Of a stretch of DNA of 64,000 bases, positions 61,501-64,000 are shown one piece after another. The stretch is from contig OY761615.1 of NCBI GenBank assembly GCA_963664845.1, forward strand, positions 1,556,219 through 1,620,218. The letters run 5' to 3'. How positions within the stretch are numbered: the first letter of the stretch is position 1; each line of letters starts with the position of its first letter. Below the pieces are notes generated by a model, which saw only the letters and a list, made by a program, of their open reading frames with translations, was not told the origin of the DNA and ran no database searches. Made by a program: the position numbers and the translations under genes. This DNA comes from Ignavibacteriaceae bacterium. Lineage in GTDB: Bacteria; Bacteroidota; Ignavibacteria; Ignavibacteriales; Ignavibacteriaceae.

Positions 61501-62472
61501 GACTGTTGTTGCGTTCAAGGTTGCACTGGTGAAGGGCACCTGTCCCGAGGAAGCCCAGTTTGTTCCGTTATCCAGAGATATTTCATAATCCGTGGGGGCA
61601 GTTACGGTAATGTTTCCGGGATAGCCTGACAAGTCCGTTCCGCTTAAGGAATAGCTTTGTGAAGCTGAAGGGCCGGAGCCAGGGAAATAAGAGAAACTGT
61701 TAAGTGAGGAAGGATTTGCCGTCAGTACTTCGGTTGTCATCACGGTATAGTTTGCCGAGGCTGTTTTGTTGATGGTGGCCTGGGTAACATTTGTTGTGGT
61801 CACTCCGCCACCGCCGGCCACAGTGCCAGAGGAAAAACAGTAATAATAAACAGTTGTGCCGATGGTTTGTCCGGGAATGGTGGCCGTGTAGCTTGTTCCG
61901 CTGCCGGTCATCTGCGTTATTACAGAACCGGAATAGGTACTGGAGCCTGTTGCATACCTGAGCCATACGGTCTGATTGGTTGGAAGAGCGCCACTCAGGG
62001 TTGCGGTGACCGTAACCGGAGAACCGGGGACAGCGGCTGAAGCAGTGGCAGTGCTTATGGTGACCGGTGTACCACCCAATTCAAACACAAAGCCTACGGA
62101 GGCAGTACTGCTGGCGACGTCCTTTATTGAGAAAACATAGGTCTTGCCGGAAACAGCGGTCATCAATCCGTTTGCACCATTTACAGGTATAGTTGTGCTT
62201 GTGTTAAAAACTGGTGCGGAGCCATAGCCCCAGGTTTGATTGGTAGTATAGCTTCCGGTAACTTCCATTTTAAACCATTGATTGCTTCCTGAGCCGATGG
62301 TTGTTTGAGGAAAAGAGATCACCCAATTGTTGGTATTATCGGGAAGCGCCATAAGGGTCATGGCGGTTTTATTTGCCCAATTAGAGCGGAAATTCATGCT
62401 GGGTTGAATGGCTGCATAGGAGACAGCGGAAAGGATACCAAATGCCAAAAGAGTTAAGTAGATTTTCTTTAC
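58501..62472 (-). CDS. giant secreted adhesin-like protein, copy B (T9SS C-terminal sorting domain)
   Basis: Start taken at MVKKIYLTLLAFGIL, a signal peptide. The track's MRKLKHGIVM extension is probably spurious. The N-terminal ~900 aa are near-identical to copy A. C-terminus NYPNPFNPTTAITYQIP...TYFYKLEAGPYSEIKKMIFLK is a T9SS CTD. Confidence 0.8.
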   Translation of the reverse strand, partial: VKKIYLTLLAFGILSAVSYAAIQPSMNFRSNWANKTAMTLMALPDNTNNWVISFPQTTIGSGSNQWFKMEVTGSYTTNQTWGYGSAPVFNTSTTIPVNGANGLMTAVSGKTYVFSIKDVASSTASVGFVFELGGTPVTISTATASAAVPGSPVTVTATLSGALPTNQTVWLRYATGSSTYSGSVITQMTGSGTSYTATIPGQTIGTTVYYYCFSSGTVAGGGGVTTTNVTQATINKTASANYTVMTTEVLTANPSSLNSFSYFPGSGPSASQSYSLSGTDLSGYPGNITVTAPTDYEISLDNGTNWASSGQVPFTSATLNATTVYVRLKAGLAQGNYNESVTNVGGGTSRDVPCTGTVLKYAPSNQATGFTASNGSPSATAIHFVWTDDGSGSPAPDGYLIRGSAAGYGSIAAPTNGTAVPDGGLDKNVAQGVQVADITGLSQGTTYYFTIYSYTNSGANILYNLVGSPQTSATTTVSTYYSKATGNLDDLSSWGANQDGTGNAPLGFTSDGLTFVIKNNPAPAIGGTWTVSGATTKIQVGDGTTAVNFSVPFTLTATNVDIMSNATVTLGSNVTLTGSINVKNGGTLNCNSYIVSGTGGIFNLNSGGTLKIGSATGITSGSTASGNIQTTGSRTYNAAGKYVYNGTVAQVTGNGLPQLASGGVMQISNTAGTVTASQYIDVVSGAIWLVDAGATFTTSSQTHHFEPGCLVTINGTFQIDASGGTYSSGANACFTYGPNATLAVNGSSQIALYSNNSAWNNNTGYVASPPNVNIKGAGGVSIQTGGTLTVTGTFQTSGPVSLSSTVLNLNGTCQINAGGSFTNSPTFGAASTLIYNQGSSKTRGNEWTANTSGTGYPNNVVLSNNSTISMGATAAQCTGSLTIDAGSTLNTTSNTLTILGNVVINGAISLGGEVKVKGNWTIAGAQTNNAKTITFNGTTTQTITGGANFSNLVINNAGGVSTGSLSINGTITLASGSLTVSPGQVLSLGTTGTVTGETSGNYIIGAVSATSTITTGAANIAGLGISIEPNGNNLGATTITRISGAGGLVTFEGSSSIKRRWKITPATQPSSDVSITFAWVSDDDNSATLATMYVWKSDDDGASWYLLAGPVDGSARSVVFATSGFSDFTLAGADNPLPVELAAFSAAQSEKQIVLNWKTASEFNSARFEIEKKAAGTDIWHKQGEVNGAGNSNSPRHYSFTDRMLKAGTYVYRLKMIDNDGMYSYSAEVQTVVASPQNFGLAQNYPNPFNPTTAITYQIPVAGRVTIGLYAVTGQLIKTLVDENKDAGYYSVNINGAGLSSGTYFYKLEAGPYSEIKKMIFLK

Positions 62473-62573
62473 CATAACAATTCCATGTTTTAGTTTTCTC
62501 ATTTCAATTGGTTCTTTTTAGAATCAATCAGATAAAAATAAAGTTAACAATGGGGAATTAATTCGAAATTATA

Positions 62574-62629
62574 TCTGAATTGATCAAAAAGCCTGTCGAA
62601 ATGATCATCCCTATGGTTGTTCTATCCAC
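62574..62629 (-). promoter_or_regulatory. putative LytTR-binding motif (copy 4, part of the duplicated segment)
   Basis: TCTGAATTGATCAaaaagcctgtcgaAATGATCAtccctatggttgttctatccac is identical to copy 1 except for 1 nt. It is followed by a 6-codon remnant (PWIEQP-stop) of a deleted LytTR gene. Confidence 0.5.
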
Positions 62630-62864
62630 GGTAAAAAAAAGTCACAACTTTCAATTGGCGGATTGTATATGGTTCCGGGAATTAACGGGTTTTCCTTTTT
62701 CCTATCAAGTTCATTCGAGGGCACAGCCATAAGAATTACAACATGCAATTGATCTGTCGACTTTTACGACACAGGCAGATCAGAAAGGCACAGGATTTGT
62801 AAGTGCTCCATGGGAATCGATGAAATAAAGACAGCCTTATGGGTGGATAATTTGGGGGATCATA

Positions 62865-62917
62865 CCTGAATTGATCGAAACGGTTGTTTAACTGACGATC
62901 ATTGAATTTGTTCTATC
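62865..62917 (-). promoter_or_regulatory. diverged copy (5) of the CTGAATTGATC motif
   Basis: CCTGAATTGATCGaaacggttgtttaactgaCGATCAttgaatttgttctatc. The repeat spacing is 25 bp rather than 21. Confidence 0.3.
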
Positions 62918-63095
62918 AGATACAGACCGGCTGGAAGCTTTTATCAGTGTATAACAAATACGTGACATCGTCTATTGAGAAACCATATTTGACACCGCAA
63001 CCACGACCGATGCAGTTTGCATTTGGACTAATGAAAATACAGCTCTCTGATGAATAGCTGACCTTAATAGTGCTGAGGAAAAGAATGGGAACCGA

Positions 63096-64000
63096 CTATG
63101 TATTCAGGAGTAAAATTGTCACGCGGAATGTATCATCATCAGAAAACACGTCAACACTGTCAGGGTAGCCAAGCAGATTATAACGTTGGTCCAGGTTCTC
63201 CAAGCCATAGCCGGATTTTTCGCCATGAGTAACTTTGGCCTGTAAATTATTTTCAACCGTTATTGTGCCTGGTGTCGCGGTAAATATTTTGATGTGTAAC
63301 GGTTTTTCCTCAGAAACAATATTATGTTTCATACAATTCTCAAGCAGTAACTGCAAACTGAAGGTGGGCAACTTCATTTGCATAATGTTTTCGGGAATGT
63401 CAATTTTAATTTTGAGCATCTTATCAAACCGCGCAGTAAGCATAAAAACATAGTCGTTGACAAATGCAAGCTCTTCCTTAAGCGTAACAAGATCCTGCTG
63501 CCGTTTAACAAGCAACTGCCGGTACATTTCGGACAATTTAATAACAAACATAGCGGAGTTTGGATTGTTTAGCTGAATCATTGAATGCAGGGTGGCGAGT
63601 GAGTTAAACAAAAAATGCGGACTTATTTGTTGTTTCAAGATTTCAAACTGAGACCTGATGTTCTCAGTTTTAAGCATCTGGTTCTGAAGCGAAATCTCCT
63701 GTGCTTTCGCTTTCGAATAAATAGCAGTCTGGATTACATAGATGAGCCCAATGCCAACAACACCCCGGAAAGCAAGCAATAAATATATCTTCGGATAATT
63801 AAGCCTCAGCGTGTGAACTTTACTTAGGAACATAAGATCAACAGCCAATATAAGCCCTGAAACCAAAACGGCGTTGGCAAAAACCACAGCAAAAACTTTT
63901 CTTAACCGGCTTCTGATGTCACGCGGGTATCCATAACTAACCCGAATGTGAGTGTTGATCACCCAACAAACCATATTAAAAGAGAATACCAACAGCCATG
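63096..64000 (-). CDS. LytS/YehU-type sensor histidine kinase, paralog 2 (N-terminus likely beyond window edge)
   Basis: HFLFNSLATLHSMI plus a HATPase region, about 75% identical to the kinase at 47226-48260. The frame stays open through 64000 (the track start is a TTG). There is no response-regulator gene between it and adhesin gene B. Confidence 0.75.
   Translation of the reverse strand, partial: WLLVFSFNMVCWVINTHIRVSYGYPRDIRSRLRKVFAVVFANAVLVSGLILAVDLMFLSKVHTLRLNYPKIYLLLAFRGVVGIGLIYVIQTAIYSKAKAQEISLQNQMLKTENIRSQFEILKQQISPHFLFNSLATLHSMIQLNNPNSAMFVIKLSEMYRQLLVKRQQDLVTLKEELAFVNDYVFMLTARFDKMLKIKIDIPENIMQMKLPTFSLQLLLENCMKHNIVSEEKPLHIKIFTATPGTITVENNLQAKVTHGEKSGYGLENLDQRYNLLGYPDSVDVFSDDDTFRVTILLLNT

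Overview
64 kb, almost entirely minus-strand coding, from a Bacteroidota/Ignavibacteriota-like organism. The phylum guess is an inference from T9SS-type C-terminal sorting domains, a LytTR/LytS two-component system and the weak Shine-Dalgarno context. Left to right the window holds six blocks.

1. Housekeeping genes (1-6250): dnaX (partial), an SRPBCC protein, ndpA, clpP, tig and tRNA-Leu(TAG). An unexplained 900-bp structured spacer lies between clpP and ndpA, and there is no clpX.

2. A repeat-rich non-coding stretch of about 2 kb (6250-8160), then a visibly AT-richer block (8164-12150) encoding an OM beta-barrel, a lipoprotein, an HExxH membrane protein and a small membrane protein.

3. A compact replication-like module (12700-14530). 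It has an imperfect 19-bp inverted repeat, an AAA_25/RepA-like P-loop protein with a C-terminal HTH, and an 11-bp-periodic GGTAAAAC iteron array. A 10-G homopolymer sits just upstream of it.

4. A glycan module (Wzx flippase, GT4, FemAB-like acyltransferase) followed by three tandem DUF3857/transglutaminase-like paralogs.

5. Metabolic and housekeeping genes, then cydAB bracketed by two Rrf2 paralogs. The genes are yjbQ, DJ-1/PfpI, a 9-Cys small protein, fadD, an NCS2 permease, a flotillin with a triplicated N-terminal repeat, the Rrf2-cydAB-Rrf2 block, a GntR+SPFH pair and a PAS histidine kinase.

6. A 21-kb locus (42.3-64 kb) of four giant secreted proteins sharing one N-terminal module. Two are GH13 alpha-amylases with T9SS C-terminal domains. 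Two are adhesin-like paralogs produced by a ~2.85-kb near-identical direct duplication, one ending in a T9SS CTD and the other in a dockerin-like repeat pair. The locus also carries an FtsX/FtsE-type ABC pair and two LytS-type histidine kinases, of which only one keeps its LytTR response regulator; the other retains a 6-codon remnant. Five intergenic copies of a direct-repeat motif with 21-bp spacing look like LytTR binding sites.

The T9SS/LytTR starch locus with its duplication and domain swap, the iteron-bearing RepA-like module, and the Rrf2-flanked cydAB are the most unusual parts.
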